64,000 nt of DNA from an uncultured Actinomycetes bacterium (GTDB taxonomy: Bacteria; Actinomycetota; UBA4738; HRBIN12): contig CAWHQA010000038.1 in NCBI GenBank assembly GCA_963831325.1, positions 161,978-225,977 of the forward strand. Direction: 5' to 3'. The notes below the pieces were generated by a model. That model saw only the letters and a program-made list of their open reading frames with translations. It had not been told where the DNA came from and searched no databases. Made by a program: the position numbers and the translations under genes. Positions 28,801 through 41,655 of this stretch are shown piece by piece. How positions within the stretch are numbered: position 1 is the first letter of the stretch; every line of letters begins with the position of its first letter.

Positions 28801-29706
28801 TCAGCCTTCCTTGTAGACAGCGATGAACCGCCGATAGTTGATCGCGATCTGCGCGACGGCCTCCTCGCGGGCCATCGCCCCGTCGACGAAGAACTTCAGC
28901 GGGTTCCACCAGATCGAGCGTCCGATCGCGAAGCCCTGGTAGCCGGGCACGTTCCTGGCCGCACGCAACCATGCATCGACGGCGGCGTCGTCGGCACCCC
29001 TTCCCAGAACGACGCACGCGACATCGTCTCGCCCCGCCATGCGGCACTGTTCGGCGATCTCGGCGCACCGATCGGGGTCGTCGATGCCTTCGATCTTCCA
29101 GACGTCGGGCTCCACGCCGCTCTCCTGCAGCTGCGCGATCGCGACTCGCATGAGATCGGGCCGCAGCTCGCGGTCGTACCTGAGGGCGTCGTTGCCCACC
29201 GCTTCGAGCTGGTCATGCTCAGCCGGCACCAGCAGCTCGAACAGGAAGAGCCGACCGGTCTGATGCAACCAGTCCGAGAGCTCCCTCAGTCGCATCGACT
29301 GGCGCGCGTTCATCGCGCCATCTCCCTCGGGGTTGTAGCGAACGAGGACCTTGATGAACGTCGGGTCGAACGCCTGGATGTGCGAGGCGAACTCGGTCCC
29401 GTACTCGAAATCGAACTCGAGCTGGCCCGACTTCTCGGCAGGCATCGCCACCACGAGCCCGGCCTGCTTGGCATCTTGCGCGACCTGCGTGCCGAACTGC
29501 TCGTCGACGAGCACTCCTGCCGACGAGGGCGGCACGCCTTCGCCCAGGGCCCGCTGCATGCCCTCGAAGATCACACGCTTGGCATCGATGATGCGCGCCG
29601 CCTCGTCGGGGCCTGGGGCGCCTTCGATGCCGAAGAACTTCTGCTGGAACGAGCCGCGATGATCGAATGCGAGCAGGAAGAGCGTGCGGTCGTAGCCGAG
29701 CCTCAT
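28801..29706 (-). CDS. DUF2090 domain protein (IolC C-terminal-like / deoxy-ketogluconate-phosphate aldolase-like)
   Basis: Begins MRLGYDRTLFLLAFDHRGSFQQKFFG..., as DUF2090 proteins do. I chose the ATG at 29706, which is preceded by a GGGAGGAA ribosome-binding site. Confidence 0.55.
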   Translation of the reverse strand: MRLGYDRTLFLLAFDHRGSFQQKFFGIEGAPGPDEAARIIDAKRVIFEGMQRALGEGVPPSSAGVLVDEQFGTQVAQDAKQAGLVVAMPAEKSGQLEFDFEYGTEFASHIQAFDPTFIKVLVRYNPEGDGAMNARQSMRLRELSDWLHQTGRLFLFELLVPAEHDQLEAVGNDALRYDRELRPDLMRVAIAQLQESGVEPDVWKIEGIDDPDRCAEIAEQCRMAGRDDVACVVLGRGADDAAVDAWLRAARNVPGYQGFAIGRSIWWNPLKFFVDGAMAREEAVAQIAINYRRFIAVYKEG

Positions 29707-29792
29707 CGTTCCTCCCACATGCATCGATGGCGTGATGTTGCAGATGCTACCCGCGTGCGCGTGGTCGACCGGTCGGTAGTCTGATTCCCCAG

Positions 29793-31109
29793 ATGCCTGA
29801 GCGCGGACCACGAACATCGCAGCCCACAGGCACGCGCGCCGCCCTGTCCCTGCTCACACGCAACCGGGACTTCCGACGCCTGTTCTTCGCCTCGGTGATC
29901 TCGCTCGGGGGTGACTGGTTCCTGTTCGTAGCCGTCACATCCTTGATCGTGCAAACGACCGGTCGTGCGATCGACGTCGGACTCGCGATCTTGGCCCAGG
30001 AACTCGCGTTCTTCATCGCCTCGCCGCCCGCAGGCGTGCTCGTCGACCGGCTCGATCGCAGGAAGCTGATGATCGTGTGTGACCTCGCACGTGTCGGTGT
30101 GTGCGCGTCGTTCCTGATGGTCGGGCCTGGGTCGATCTGGCTCGCATACCCGCTGCTCGCACTGCTCTCGGTCTTCGGCGCGCCCTTCGATCCGGCCTTC
30201 TCGGCGGCGACACCGAACATCGTCGATCCGCGGGATCTGCCTGCCGCGAACGCATTGTCCGGCTCCCTCTGGGGGACCATGCTTGCGGTCGGAGCAGGAC
30301 TCGGCGGCATCGTCGCCACTGTGTTCGGACGCGACACGGCGTTCGTGATCGACGCCGCTTCGTTCGGCGTCTCGGCGCTGTTGCTGTGGGGTATCCGGCG
30401 TCCGTTCTCGGAGGAGCGCGAGCCCGGTCACGAGCACCCGAAGATGCTCGACGCCACGATCGAGGTGCTGCAGTACGCGCGCCGTGACCACCGAGTGCTG
30501 GCCTTGATCGGTGTCAAGGCCGGGTTCGGCCTCGCCGCGGGCGTGCTCGCGCTGCTTCCTGTCTTCGGAGCGGAAGTGTTCGATCGCGGCGAGATCGGCG
30601 TGGGGGCGCTCATGGCTGCTCGGGGCGTGGGCGCCCTCGTCGGTCCGTTCCTCGGGCATCGCATCAGCGGCCAGGGACACCGTCGGCTGTTCGGGGCGAT
30701 CGGCATCGCTCTCGCGGTCTTCGGCGCCTCGTACATGGCGCTGGGTCTCGCGCCCTCGCTCTGGATCGCCGCCGGGGTCATCTTCGTCGCCCACCTGGGT
30801 GGAGGCGCCCAGTGGGTGCTCTCGACGTTCGGGCTGCAGGTGCTCGTGCCCGACCACATCCGAGGTCGCGTGTTCGCCGTCGACTTCGCCATGATCACGC
30901 TGTCGCTCGCGGTGTCGAGCCTGATCGCGAGCGCGATCGCGGACTCCGCGGGGCCTCGCATCGCCGCGCTGCTCGTCGGAGCGATGGCGGTCGTCTGGGC
31001 GATCATATGGACCTGGCTCACGCGCTCGATCAGGCGCCGCACCGCCGACGAGGGCTTCGACCTCCCCGCGGGTGCCGGCCCCTATCCCGGCGTGGGTGGC
31101 GTGGGTTGA
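29793..31109 (+). CDS. MFS transporter
   Basis: A 438 aa protein with 12 predicted TM helices and the MFS loop motif (DRLDRRKLM). Confidence 0.85.
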   Translation: MPERGPRTSQPTGTRAALSLLTRNRDFRRLFFASVISLGGDWFLFVAVTSLIVQTTGRAIDVGLAILAQELAFFIASPPAGVLVDRLDRRKLMIVCDLARVGVCASFLMVGPGSIWLAYPLLALLSVFGAPFDPAFSAATPNIVDPRDLPAANALSGSLWGTMLAVGAGLGGIVATVFGRDTAFVIDAASFGVSALLLWGIRRPFSEEREPGHEHPKMLDATIEVLQYARRDHRVLALIGVKAGFGLAAGVLALLPVFGAEVFDRGEIGVGALMAARGVGALVGPFLGHRISGQGHRRLFGAIGIALAVFGASYMALGLAPSLWIAAGVIFVAHLGGGAQWVLSTFGLQVLVPDHIRGRVFAVDFAMITLSLAVSSLIASAIADSAGPRIAALLVGAMAVVWAIIWTWLTRSIRRRTADEGFDLPAGAGPYPGVGGVG

Positions 31110-31810
31110 TCGGGCGATCCCGACACGTCGTCGACCGGCGGCGGCGGAGCGGCCGACGAGGACGGCGTTGTCGGCGTGGTCGGTGACGCGCCTGCGGGCG
31201 GCGCCGGAGTCGCGCCGGCGAGCGGTGCGCCGGAGCCCGTCGGCGACCCGAAGTTTACCTGCGGCGCTCCACCCTCGCGGATCGCGTCTTCGACCTCGAA
31301 GAACTCTTCTTCTTTGAAGCCGAACAGGCTCGCCACGATCATCGACGGGAACTGCTTCACTCGCCGGTTGAAGTCGCGGACGTTCGCGTTGTAGAAGCGC
31401 CGCGCGGTCTGCAACCGGTCCTCGGTGTTCGTCAGCTCACCCTGCAGCTGCAGGAAGTTCTGGTTGGCCTTCAGGTCGGGGTAGTTCTCAACCACGAGCA
31501 TCAGCTGTCGCAGGGCAGCGACGAGCGGACCTTCCGCTGCCGCCTGCTCGGCTGGTGAGCCGGTGGCGCTCGCCGCCATCGCGCGGGCGCGGGTGACGTT
31601 CTCCAGCACCTCCTTCTCGTGTGAAGCGTAGCCCTTGACCGTCTCGACCAGGTTGGGGATCAGGTCGTACCGGCGCCTGAGCTCGGTGTCGATGTTCGCC
31701 CACGAATCCTTGATGAGCGTCTTCTGCGAGACGAAGCGGTTGTACGAGACGACGGCGCCGATCGCACCGAGCACGACCACCGAGAGCACGATGATGAGCC
31801 AGATCTCCAC
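31082..31810 (-). CDS. lemA: LemA family protein with a Pro/Thr-rich C-terminal extension
   Basis: An N-terminal TM helix (MEIWLIIVLSVVVLGAIGAVV), then the conserved LemA core (NRFVSQKTLIKDSWANIDTELRRRYDLIPNLVETVKGYASHEKEVLENVT...RRFYNANVRDFN), then a low-complexity tail of about 55 aa (PTTPTTPSSSAAPPPPV). Confidence 0.9.
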   Translation of the reverse strand: MEIWLIIVLSVVVLGAIGAVVSYNRFVSQKTLIKDSWANIDTELRRRYDLIPNLVETVKGYASHEKEVLENVTRARAMAASATGSPAEQAAAEGPLVAALRQLMLVVENYPDLKANQNFLQLQGELTNTEDRLQTARRFYNANVRDFNRRVKQFPSMIVASLFGFKEEEFFEVEDAIREGGAPQVNFGSPTGSGAPLAGATPAPPAGASPTTPTTPSSSAAPPPPVDDVSGSPDQPTPPTPG

Positions 31811-32015
31811 GCGCGTTCCCTTCCCTGAAAGAGCCTGATGAGAGCGGGCTCAGCCTACCCCGCTCGCGCCGGGCGTGAACTCAGGCCCAGCCCGATGGCA
31901 CGTCCGGCACGGGTCGAAACGAAAGGCGCCGGTCTCGTCCTCGTCGTTCTCACGCACGGCGCCATCGGGTCCCACAGGGCACCGAGGCGTGAGCGCTTCG
32001 GCCGGCATCGCCGGA

Positions 32016-32618
32016 TGCAGCGATCTCACAGTGTCGGGAACCTCTCCGCGATGGCGAGCACCAGCGCGAGGAGAGAGTCGACGTCGGGGATGGCCGTCGC
32101 CGGCCTGGCCACCAGGATGCGGTTGCCGACCGTTTCCACGAGACATCCACGAGCATGCTCGACCAGAAGCTCGACCATGCGCGCATCGAGGAAGTCGTTC
32201 GCGACTTGCGGTCGTCGGCGGTCACCTCGAACGCCCGGTTAAAGGCCTCGAGCTCGAGATCCTGATCGCGCAGCGACACGACGTCGGCGAGCGCGGTCAG
32301 CACACCCTCGGGCGCCACCGAGAGCCGCCAGCACTCGGCGCCGGCCCGGACCATCGCGCACTCCCACCGCTCGGTCACGACGTGTGTCGGGGCGCCGTCG
32401 TCGGTGAAAGCTTGGACGAGCATGCCGGCCATCGAACGTTGGGGGCCGGCCGAGATGCCCGGCTCGTCTTCTCGGATCATGACGTCGAGGTCGAACATGC
32501 GGATCTCACGGCCTTCGATCGCCCACACGAGACATTCCGAACGACAACCACGTCGCCACGACGGCAGAGACCGAAGGGCAGTGACGCCCCATCGTGCTCG
32601 TCGTGCTCTGAGAACCAT
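32016..32618 (-). pseudogene. Paralog A of the tandem membrane-protein family. It is N-terminally short and carries a -1 frameshift near 32172.
   Basis: The frame of ORF 31950..32618 reads ...LRDQDLELEAFNRAFEVTADDRK. The homologous sequence then continues in another frame as ANDFLDARMVELLVEHARGCLVETVGNRILVARPATAIPDVDSLLALVLAIAERFPTL and stops at 32016. The expected RRFA junction looks one base short. Confidence 0.5.
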
Positions 32619-32664
32619 TGGCGGTGTCGCAGATCGGCATCGAGCCAGGCCGCCGCCCGGTCGT

Positions 32665-33357
32665 TCACCGGTCCGGCCGTCCGGGCGTGCTCGAGGGGCT
32701 CAGATCGCTTGCGGGGAACAGCGACATCAACACCGGGGGGACGTGCTCGAGGAACACGTCGAACCGGCCCAGCGCGCGGTCCACATCGTCGAGGCTCGAC
32801 AGCGAGCGCGGTTGGAACATCATCAAGCGCCCCGCAACGATCTCGAAGCCCACCCCCGGCACCTGGAGCATCAACCATTCCATCATGCGCGCATCGAGGA
32901 ATGCGCCCGCGAACCGGCGGTCGCCCGCCCGCACGTTGAAGGCGCGGTTGAATCGCTCGGATTCCAGGTCGATGCGGGTCACCCCTACTGCGTCTTTCGC
33001 AGCGGAGGCGAAGCTCGTCGGGGTCACCGACAGATCCGCCCATGCCGGTCGTGCCTCGATGACGCACACGAACCGCCGGTAGTCGTCGAGGCTCGGGTTC
33101 GAGCTCGGGGCGTACCAATAGTCGGCGACGACGATCTCGCGCCCGCCGGAAACACCCCACGCGGTGTTCTCCAGGTCACGGGCGGAAGCCGGGCGTTGGA
33201 AGAGCTCGAACCCCGCCTGCATCAGATCGAGAGGATCGCCGGGCTGGGCTCGCAACCCTGCCCGCCTCGCCTGCGACTCGAACGATCCGCGTCGGGGCTC
33301 GATCCTGAACCGGTATACCGCCGAGGTGAGACCCGCCACGATGAGCGCCAGCACCAA
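32665..33357 (-). CDS. Paralog B of the tandem family: single N-terminal TM helix plus a domain of about 200 aa (possibly DUF3137-like)
   Basis: Starts TTG/GTG and reads VLALIVAGLTSAVY..., with the shared core TRIDLESERFNRAFNVRAGDRRFAGAFLDARMMEWLMLQVPGVGFEIVAGRLMMF. It is clearly homologous to paralogs A and C. Confidence 0.55.
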   Translation of the reverse strand: MVLALIVAGLTSAVYRFRIEPRRGSFESQARRAGLRAQPGDPLDLMQAGFELFQRPASARDLENTAWGVSGGREIVVADYWYAPSSNPSLDDYRRFVCVIEARPAWADLSVTPTSFASAAKDAVGVTRIDLESERFNRAFNVRAGDRRFAGAFLDARMMEWLMLQVPGVGFEIVAGRLMMFQPRSLSSLDDVDRALGRFDVFLEHVPPVLMSLFPASDLSPSSTPGRPDR

Positions 33358-33471
33358 CAGCTGGGCAAGCGTGCTGCCGGCCTCTGGGTCGCCGCGCGAC
33401 GAACATCACGAGCACGGTGAGCGCCCAGACGGCCCCGATGCCGGCCACGATCCGGAGGCTGGTCGCCGGCC

Positions 33472-34272
33472 TCATGAGCGACCCAGGCCCGCAGCCGGCG
33501 ACCCACCTGCACCGTCACCGATCGACTCGGGCGACCAACGCCCCTGCAGCCAGCGGTCCTCATGACGACCCTTGCTCGGGCGTGGCGGGTAGAGGTCGGC
33601 GACGACGGGCGGCACGGCACGGCCTATCGCCCGCGCAGCCTCGAAGAGCAGCAGCAACTCGGCCGGTGGCAGCTCCGCGGCTCGCAGGAGCAGACGGTCC
33701 TCGTTCACGGCGATCGTCACTCCGGATGGAAGCCCCATCAGCGCGCGCATCATCCGCTGGTCGCAGAACGCGACCGCGAAGCGCCGGTCGTCGGCGCGCA
33801 GACGGAACCGGCGATCGAATCCCTCGAGCTCCAGATCGATGTCGGATCCCGCGAGCATGTCGGCGAAGTGTCCGAGCCCATCACGCGGACGGATCTCGAG
33901 CCTGGGACACCCGAACGGCATGGCGACGACGGCGCATGTGTACCGGCGCGGCATGCGCGGCGTGTCCTCGCCGGCGGGCACCTGCTCGATCAGCAGTTCG
34001 AACGCTCGCACGTCGTCGCCTTCGGCGCGGTTCCACACGACGTTCTCGGCACGTGTCCATCGGCCGTCTCCGAGCCATCGGAACGGCAGCCATAGCGTGT
34101 CGGGGAACGGATCGATCGGCGAGAACTCCAGGTCGGCGCGGTGACATGCGAGCATGATCCGTCGTGCGCGGCCTCGACGACGCATTGCCCGCCAGCCACC
34201 AGCCGCAGCAACGACGATGAGCGCTCCGGCCCAGACCCACGGTCTCATGCCAGGGGGAATCGGCTCCCCCAC
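33472..34272 (-). CDS. Paralog C of the tandem family: single N-terminal TM helix plus a domain of about 200 aa
   Basis: Starts GTG at 34272, 34 nt after the clpB stop. It has a TM helix (WVWAGALIVVAAAGGW) and the shared core SDIDLELEGFDRRFRLRADDRRFAVAFCDQRMMRALMGLPSGVTIAVNEDRLLL. Confidence 0.55.
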   Translation of the reverse strand: MGEPIPPGMRPWVWAGALIVVAAAGGWRAMRRRGRARRIMLACHRADLEFSPIDPFPDTLWLPFRWLGDGRWTRAENVVWNRAEGDDVRAFELLIEQVPAGEDTPRMPRRYTCAVVAMPFGCPRLEIRPRDGLGHFADMLAGSDIDLELEGFDRRFRLRADDRRFAVAFCDQRMMRALMGLPSGVTIAVNEDRLLLRAAELPPAELLLLFEAARAIGRAVPPVVADLYPPRPSKGRHEDRWLQGRWSPESIGDGAGGSPAAGLGRS

Positions 34273-34305
34273 GCCGTTCCTTGATGCCCGGTCGTCTGAG
34301 CTGGA

Positions 34306-36883
<2,578 letters not shown>

Positions 36884-36893
<10 letters not shown>

Positions 36894-37453
36894 GTCAGGC
36901 CTCGTTCATCCGTGCGGTCGCGCTCGTCGTCGTCGCGCTTGGTGAGCCCGTAGATCGCGTGGTCCCGGGGGCCGTTGGGCCCGGGCATGAACTCGCGGAG
37001 CACACCTTCGAACGCGAAACCCAACCGCTCGGCCACCTTGCGCATCGCCGCATTGTCGACGTCGGTCGTGAGTTGCACCCTGTGCGCGGCCTCGGCATCG
37101 AACAGGTGCCGGATCATGGCCACGATGGCATCGGGCCCGAGCCCTCGGCCACGGTCGGCCCCATCGAAGAGCTCGATACCGACCTCGAACACGCCGGGTG
37201 GCAAGCCGTTGACGGGCTGGCGCGCCTGCACCTCGCCCACGAGGCGACCCTCGCTCTCGATGGCGAGGATCACCACCCCCTCGGTGAACGAGCCGGACCG
37301 CCGGATGCGCTCGCGTACTCGCTCCGCGAGCTCGCGCGCGCCCGTTCCTTTGGGCGTGAACCACTCGGCATCCGCCCAGGTCGACTCCAAGATCGAGGCC
37401 TCGTCGGTCCGGTAGGGGCGCAGCGACACACGCTCGCCTGCGAGCCTCGTCAT
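36884..37453 (-). CDS. GNAT family N-acetyltransferase
   Basis: A 189 aa protein with a GNAT acetyl-CoA-binding core (...RGRGLGPDAIVAMIRHLFD...). Its ATG at 37453 overlaps the hspR stop as ATGA, with GGGAGG 8 nt upstream. Its stop overlaps the clpB ATG by 10 nt. Confidence 0.8.
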
Positions 37454-37872
37454 GACTGGACCTCCCACGGCGCCGAGAACACGCTGCGACGCGGCACGAT
37501 CTCGTTCGTTCGACGGCCCGGCATCGCGATCGCGCGCCGGTGCGCGAGCTGGGTCCGCAGCTCCGCGACCTCTCGCTGCAGAGCGTCGACCTCGGCCCGA
37601 AGCTCGATGATGCGCTTCACGCCGGCGAGGTTCACCCCCGTGTCGGTCAGCTCCTGGATCGCCAGCAGCCGGTCGATGTCGGCCTGCGAGTACCGACGCG
37701 TGTTCCCCGACGTTCGCTGAGGCCGCACGAGACCCTTCCGCTCGTAGATCCTCAAGGTCTGCGGATGCACGCCAGCGAGCTCGGCCGCCACGCTTATGAT
37801 GAACACTGCGCGCTCGTCGATCGATCGCTCCTGCTCTGACATGCCGGGTCCTCTCACGCCGCGCTCGCTCAT
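37450..37872 (-). CDS. hspR: HspR heat-shock transcriptional repressor (MerR family)
   Basis: A MerR-type helix-turn-helix (VFIISVAAELAGVHPQTLRIYERKGLVRPQRTSGNTRRYS) in the canonical position, last in a dnaK-grpE-dnaJ-hspR operon. Confidence 0.85.
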   Translation of the reverse strand: MSERGVRGPGMSEQERSIDERAVFIISVAAELAGVHPQTLRIYERKGLVRPQRTSGNTRRYSQADIDRLLAIQELTDTGVNLAGVKRIIELRAEVDALQREVAELRTQLAHRRAIAMPGRRTNEIVPRRSVFSAPWEVQS

Positions 37873-39053
37873 GACACGCCGAGCGAGCTCCGAGGTGAAT
37901 CCTTCTGGGCATCATCGAGCTGCTGCAGCAGATGCTTCTGATCCTTCGAAAGCTTCCTCGGCACATCGACCTCGGTCGTGACGAGCAGATCTCCGGCGCC
38001 CCCTTTGGTCGTGGGGGCGCCCTTGCCCTTGATGCGGAAGGTGGTACCGCTCGGTGTGCCCGACGGCACCTTGAGCGTGACCGGTCCGTTCAGCGTCGGC
38101 ACCTGCACGTTGGCCCCGAGCGCCGCCTCGGGGAACGAGATCGGGAGCGTGAGCGTGAGGTTGTTGCCCTTGCGACCGAATAGGTCGTGCGGAGCGACTC
38201 TCACGCGCACGAACAGGTCACCCGGGTGGCCGCCGGCTGGCCCGGGCTCGCCTCTGCCGGCGAGCTTGATACGAGCGCCGGTCTTCACTCCGGTTGGGAT
38301 CTTCACCTGGAAGGTGCGGGTTCGCCGGACCGACCCAGCGCCCTTGCACGTGGCGCAGGGCGTCTCGATGATCTGCCCGGTGGCCCGGCATCGTCGGCAC
38401 GGCTGCGCGATCGAGAAGAATCCCTGGTTGACCGCGATCTCTCCGCTGCCGCCGCATTCGGGGCAGGTGATGGGGCTGGTGCCAGCCGCCGCTCCCGAAC
38501 CGCGGCAGGTCGCGCAGACCGCCGGACCGGTGATCTTCACAGGCACCGTAGTCCCAGACATCGCCTCGTCGAACGAGATCGAGACGTCGGTCTCGAGATC
38601 TGCGCCGGGCTGCGGCCGTGACGAAGCGCGTGAACGACCGCGACCGCCGCCGAACAGGCCACCGAACAGGTCGCCGATGTCCTCCGCGTTCACGTAGGTC
38701 GCGCCCGTGGGCCCGCCCGCTCCCGACCATGCCCCCCCAGGGCGTGCCTGCCCGGATCGGCCTCCCGCCCCGCCGAACCCACCGGGGCCGAATCCCCCGA
38801 ATCCAGACGCGCCCATCTCGCGGACCTGGTCGTAGCTCTTCCGTTTCTCCTCGTCGCCGAGCACGTCGTAGGCGGCCGATACGTCCTTGAAGCGGTTCTC
38901 GGCGTCGGCGTTGCCTTGATTCGCGTCGGGGTGGAACTGCCGCGCGAGCTTGCGATACGCCTTCTTGATCTCCGCGGGCGAGGCGTTCTTGGCCACGCCG
39001 AGGACGCCGTAGTAGTCCTTCTCGAACCATTCTCGGCGGACCTCGTCGGCCAC
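37869..39053 (-). CDS. dnaJ: Chaperone DnaJ
   Basis: J domain (DYYGVLGVAKNASPAEIKKAYRKLARQFHPD), a Gly-rich linker, four CxxCxGxG zinc-finger repeats, and a C-terminal domain. Confidence 0.95.
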   Translation of the reverse strand: MADEVRREWFEKDYYGVLGVAKNASPAEIKKAYRKLARQFHPDANQGNADAENRFKDVSAAYDVLGDEEKRKSYDQVREMGASGFGGFGPGGFGGAGGRSGQARPGGAWSGAGGPTGATYVNAEDIGDLFGGLFGGGRGRSRASSRPQPGADLETDVSISFDEAMSGTTVPVKITGPAVCATCRGSGAAAGTSPITCPECGGSGEIAVNQGFFSIAQPCRRCRATGQIIETPCATCKGAGSVRRTRTFQVKIPTGVKTGARIKLAGRGEPGPAGGHPGDLFVRVRVAPHDLFGRKGNNLTLTLPISFPEAALGANVQVPTLNGPVTLKVPSGTPSGTTFRIKGKGAPTTKGGAGDLLVTTEVDVPRKLSKDQKHLLQQLDDAQKDSPRSSLGVS

Positions 39054-39055
39054 GG

Positions 39056-39682
39056 TCAGGCCTCTCGCTCCACGCGCACGCCGGCGTGGCGAAGCACGCG
39101 CCCTCGCAGCGTGTATCCCGGTCGCAGGACGTCGGCAACGACGGGATCGCCTTCCCCGTCGCCCGTCTGCAGCAGCGCCTCGTGCACCTCAGGGTCGAAG
39201 AGCTCCCCCTCGGCCTGCATGCGCTCGACCCCCTCGGCCTTCAGCGCGTCGATGAGCTTCGCGTACACCAGCTCGACTCCCTTGAGGAACCGATCAAAGT
39301 CCGGTTGATCCTGGGCCGACATCAACGCGAGCTCGAAGTCGTCGAGCACTTCGAGCAAGCGCCGCGCCACGGGCATCGCACCCAGCTCGGCCAGCTCGGT
39401 CTGCTCCTTCACGACACGCTTGCGATAGTTGTCGAATTCCGCCTGCAACCTGCGCAGGTGGTCGAGGTAGCGCTGAGCCTCGTCGTTGGTCTCGTGTTGA
39501 TCGTCGGTCGCTTCGGTGGCCGAACGAGGCTCGTCCGCCTGGGCATCCGGCGCCATGGACGGGGGGGTCACGCCGGCGTCGGCCAGCGCCCCCCCTCCCT
39601 CGCCCAGGTTCGCGAACCGACGTCGGTCCGTGATGCGGACGCGAGGCTGCTCGATGTCCGACTCTCGGTCGTCGGGCGCCAC
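39056..39682 (-). CDS. grpE: Nucleotide exchange factor GrpE
   Basis: The GrpE core (LQAEFDNYRKRVVKEQ...) in the classic gene order between dnaK and dnaJ. Confidence 0.9.
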   Translation of the reverse strand: MAPDDRESDIEQPRVRITDRRRFANLGEGGGALADAGVTPPSMAPDAQADEPRSATEATDDQHETNDEAQRYLDHLRRLQAEFDNYRKRVVKEQTELAELGAMPVARRLLEVLDDFELALMSAQDQPDFDRFLKGVELVYAKLIDALKAEGVERMQAEGELFDPEVHEALLQTGDGEGDPVVADVLRPGYTLRGRVLRHAGVRVEREA

Positions 39683-41560
39683 CTACGACGCCTCCCCTTC
39701 GTCGACGATCTCGCCCTCGACGACATCGTCGTCGCCCTCGGGCTCCGACACCTCGGCCTCGGGTTGCGCTCCCCCGTCGACCGGATCCGAGGCTTCGGCC
39801 GTTGCTTGCTGGTTCTGGACCATGGCCTGCCCGACCCGCTGGTACACCTGCATGACCGCCTCGTTCGCAGCCGTTAGCGTCGCTGCGTCGGACGACTCGT
39901 CATCGAGCGCCTTCTTCAGCTCGTCGTTCCTCGCGACCAGCTCGTCCTTGTCGGAGGCGGGGATCTGCTCCGCGTTGTCCTCGACGAACTTCGCGACCTG
40001 ATAGTGCAGTTGGTCGGCGGTGTTGCGAGCCTCGGCGGTCTCGCGCCTGGTGTGGTCCTCAGCCGCGAACTTCTCAGCGTCGGTGACCATGCGGTCGATC
40101 TCGTCCTTCGACAGGCTCGTCCCGCCGGTGATCGTCATCGCCTGCTCCTTGCCGGTGGCTAGGTCCTTGGCGCTCACGTTCACGATGCCGTTGGCGTCGA
40201 TGTCGAATGCGACCTCGACCTGCGGCATGCCCCGCGGCGCCGGTGGGATGCCCATGAGGTGGAACCGCCCGAGTGATTTCACCGCCGGGTTCATGACCGT
40301 CTCGGCCTCACCCTGCAGCACGTGGATCTCGACCGTCGTCTGATTGTCGTCGGCGGTCGTGAAGATCTCGGACTTGCGGGTCGGGATCGTGGTGTTGCGC
40401 TCGATGAGCTTCGTGAAGATGCCGCCCTTGGTCTCGACGCCGAGCGTCAGTGGAGTCACGTCGAGGAGCAGGATGTCCTTCACGTCGCCCTTGAGCACGC
40501 CCGCCTGGATCGCGGCACCGACCGCGACGACCTCGTCGGGATTCACGCCCTTGTGCGGCTCCTTCCCGTCGGTGAGCGACTTCACGAGCTCCTGGATCAT
40601 GGGCATGCGCGTCGAACCGCCGACGAGGATCACATGGTCGATCTCGTCGGCGGGCTTGCCCCAATCGGCGATGGCCTGCTCGAACGGGACCTTGCACCGC
40701 TGCACGAGGTCGGCCGTCATGCGCTCGAGCTCGCTGCGCGTGAGCTTCTGCTCCATGTGCAGCGGCCCGTCGGCAGTGGCCGTGACGAACGGCAGGTTGA
40801 TCGTGGTCTCCGCCACCTGGCTGAGCTCGATCTTCGCCTTCTCGGCGGCCTCCTTGAGGCGTTGCAGCGCCATGCGATCCTTGCCGAGGTCGACGCCATG
40901 GGCGTTCTTGAATTCGGTGACGAGCCAGTCGATCACGCGCTGGTCCCAGTCGTCGCCACCGAGCTGGGTGTCCCCATGGGTGGCCTTGACCTCGAAGACG
41001 CCCTCGCCGATCTCCATCAGGGACACGTCGAAGGTCCCGCCGCCGAGGTCGAATACGAGCACGGTCTGCTCGGTGTCCTGCTTGTCGAGGCCGTAGGCCA
41101 GCGCGGCAGCCGTCGGCTCGTTGATGATCCGGAGCACCTCGAGGCCGGCGATCTGGCCGGCTTCCTTGGTGGCTTGGCGTTGGGCGTCGTCGAAGTAGGC
41201 GGGCACGGTGACGACCGCCTGGGTGACGGTGTCGCCCAAATACGCCTCGGCGTCGCGCTTCAGCTTCAGCAGGATCTGCGCGCTGACCTCCTGGGGCGTC
41301 CACGCTTTGGCGTCCACATCGAGCGACCATCCCTTGTCGCCCATATGACGCTTGACCGAACGGATCGTGCGGTCGGGGTTCGTGATGGCCTGACGCTTTG
41401 CGACCTCGCCCACCAGGATCTCGCTGTTCTTGGAGAAGCCCACGACCGATGGGGTCGTGCGACTTCCTTCTGCGTTCGGAACGACGGCGGGCTCTCCCGC
41501 TTCCAACACGGCGACCACCGAGTTCGTGGTGCCGAGGTCGATCCCCACTGCTCGAGCCAT
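39683..41560 (-). CDS. dnaK: Chaperone DnaK (Hsp70)
   Basis: A full-length Hsp70 sequence ([20 protein letters not shown]..., [11 protein letters not shown], ...). A GAGAGGAG ribosome-binding site lies before the ATG. Confidence 0.97.
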   Translation of the reverse strand: MARAVGIDLGTTNSVVAVLEAGEPAVVPNAEGSRTTPSVVGFSKNSEILVGEVAKRQAITNPDRTIRSVKRHMGDKGWSLDVDAKAWTPQEVSAQILLKLKRDAEAYLGDTVTQAVVTVPAYFDDAQRQATKEAGQIAGLEVLRIINEPTAAALAYGLDKQDTEQTVLVFDLGGGTFDVSLMEIGEGVFEVKATHGDTQLGGDDWDQRVIDWLVTEFKNAHGVDLGKDRMALQRLKEAAEKAKIELSQVAETTINLPFVTATADGPLHMEQKLTRSELERMTADLVQRCKVPFEQAIADWGKPADEIDHVILVGGSTRMPMIQELVKSLTDGKEPHKGVNPDEVVAVGAAIQAGVLKGDVKDILLLDVTPLTLGVETKGGIFTKLIERNTTIPTRKSEIFTTADDNQTTVEIHVLQGEAETVMNPAVKSLGRFHLMGIPPAPRGMPQVEVAFDIDANGIVNVSAKDLATGKEQAMTITGGTSLSKDEIDRMVTDAEKFAAEDHTRRETAEARNTADQLHYQVAKFVEDNAEQIPASDKDELVARNDELKKALDDESSDAATLTAANEAVMQVYQRVGQAMVQNQQATAEASDPVDGGAQPEAEVSEPEGDDDVVEGEIVDEGEAS

Positions 41561-41634
41561 GAAGCCACTCCTCTCGTTTGGGTGGATCTTCGGGGCCGGT
41601 TGCGTCCCCTCGGTCGGTAGAACGAAGGATAAGA

Positions 41635-41655
41635 CTTGAGTATTCCATTGACAAG
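41635..41655 (-). promoter_or_regulatory. HAIR-like HspR operator overlapping a candidate dnaK promoter
   Basis: On the dnaK-sense strand the element reads CTTGTCA-N7-ACTCAAG, against the HAIR consensus CTTGAGT-N7-ACTCAAG. It lies about 75-95 nt upstream of the dnaK ATG and overlaps a possible TTGTCA-N17-TATCCT promoter. Confidence 0.45.
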
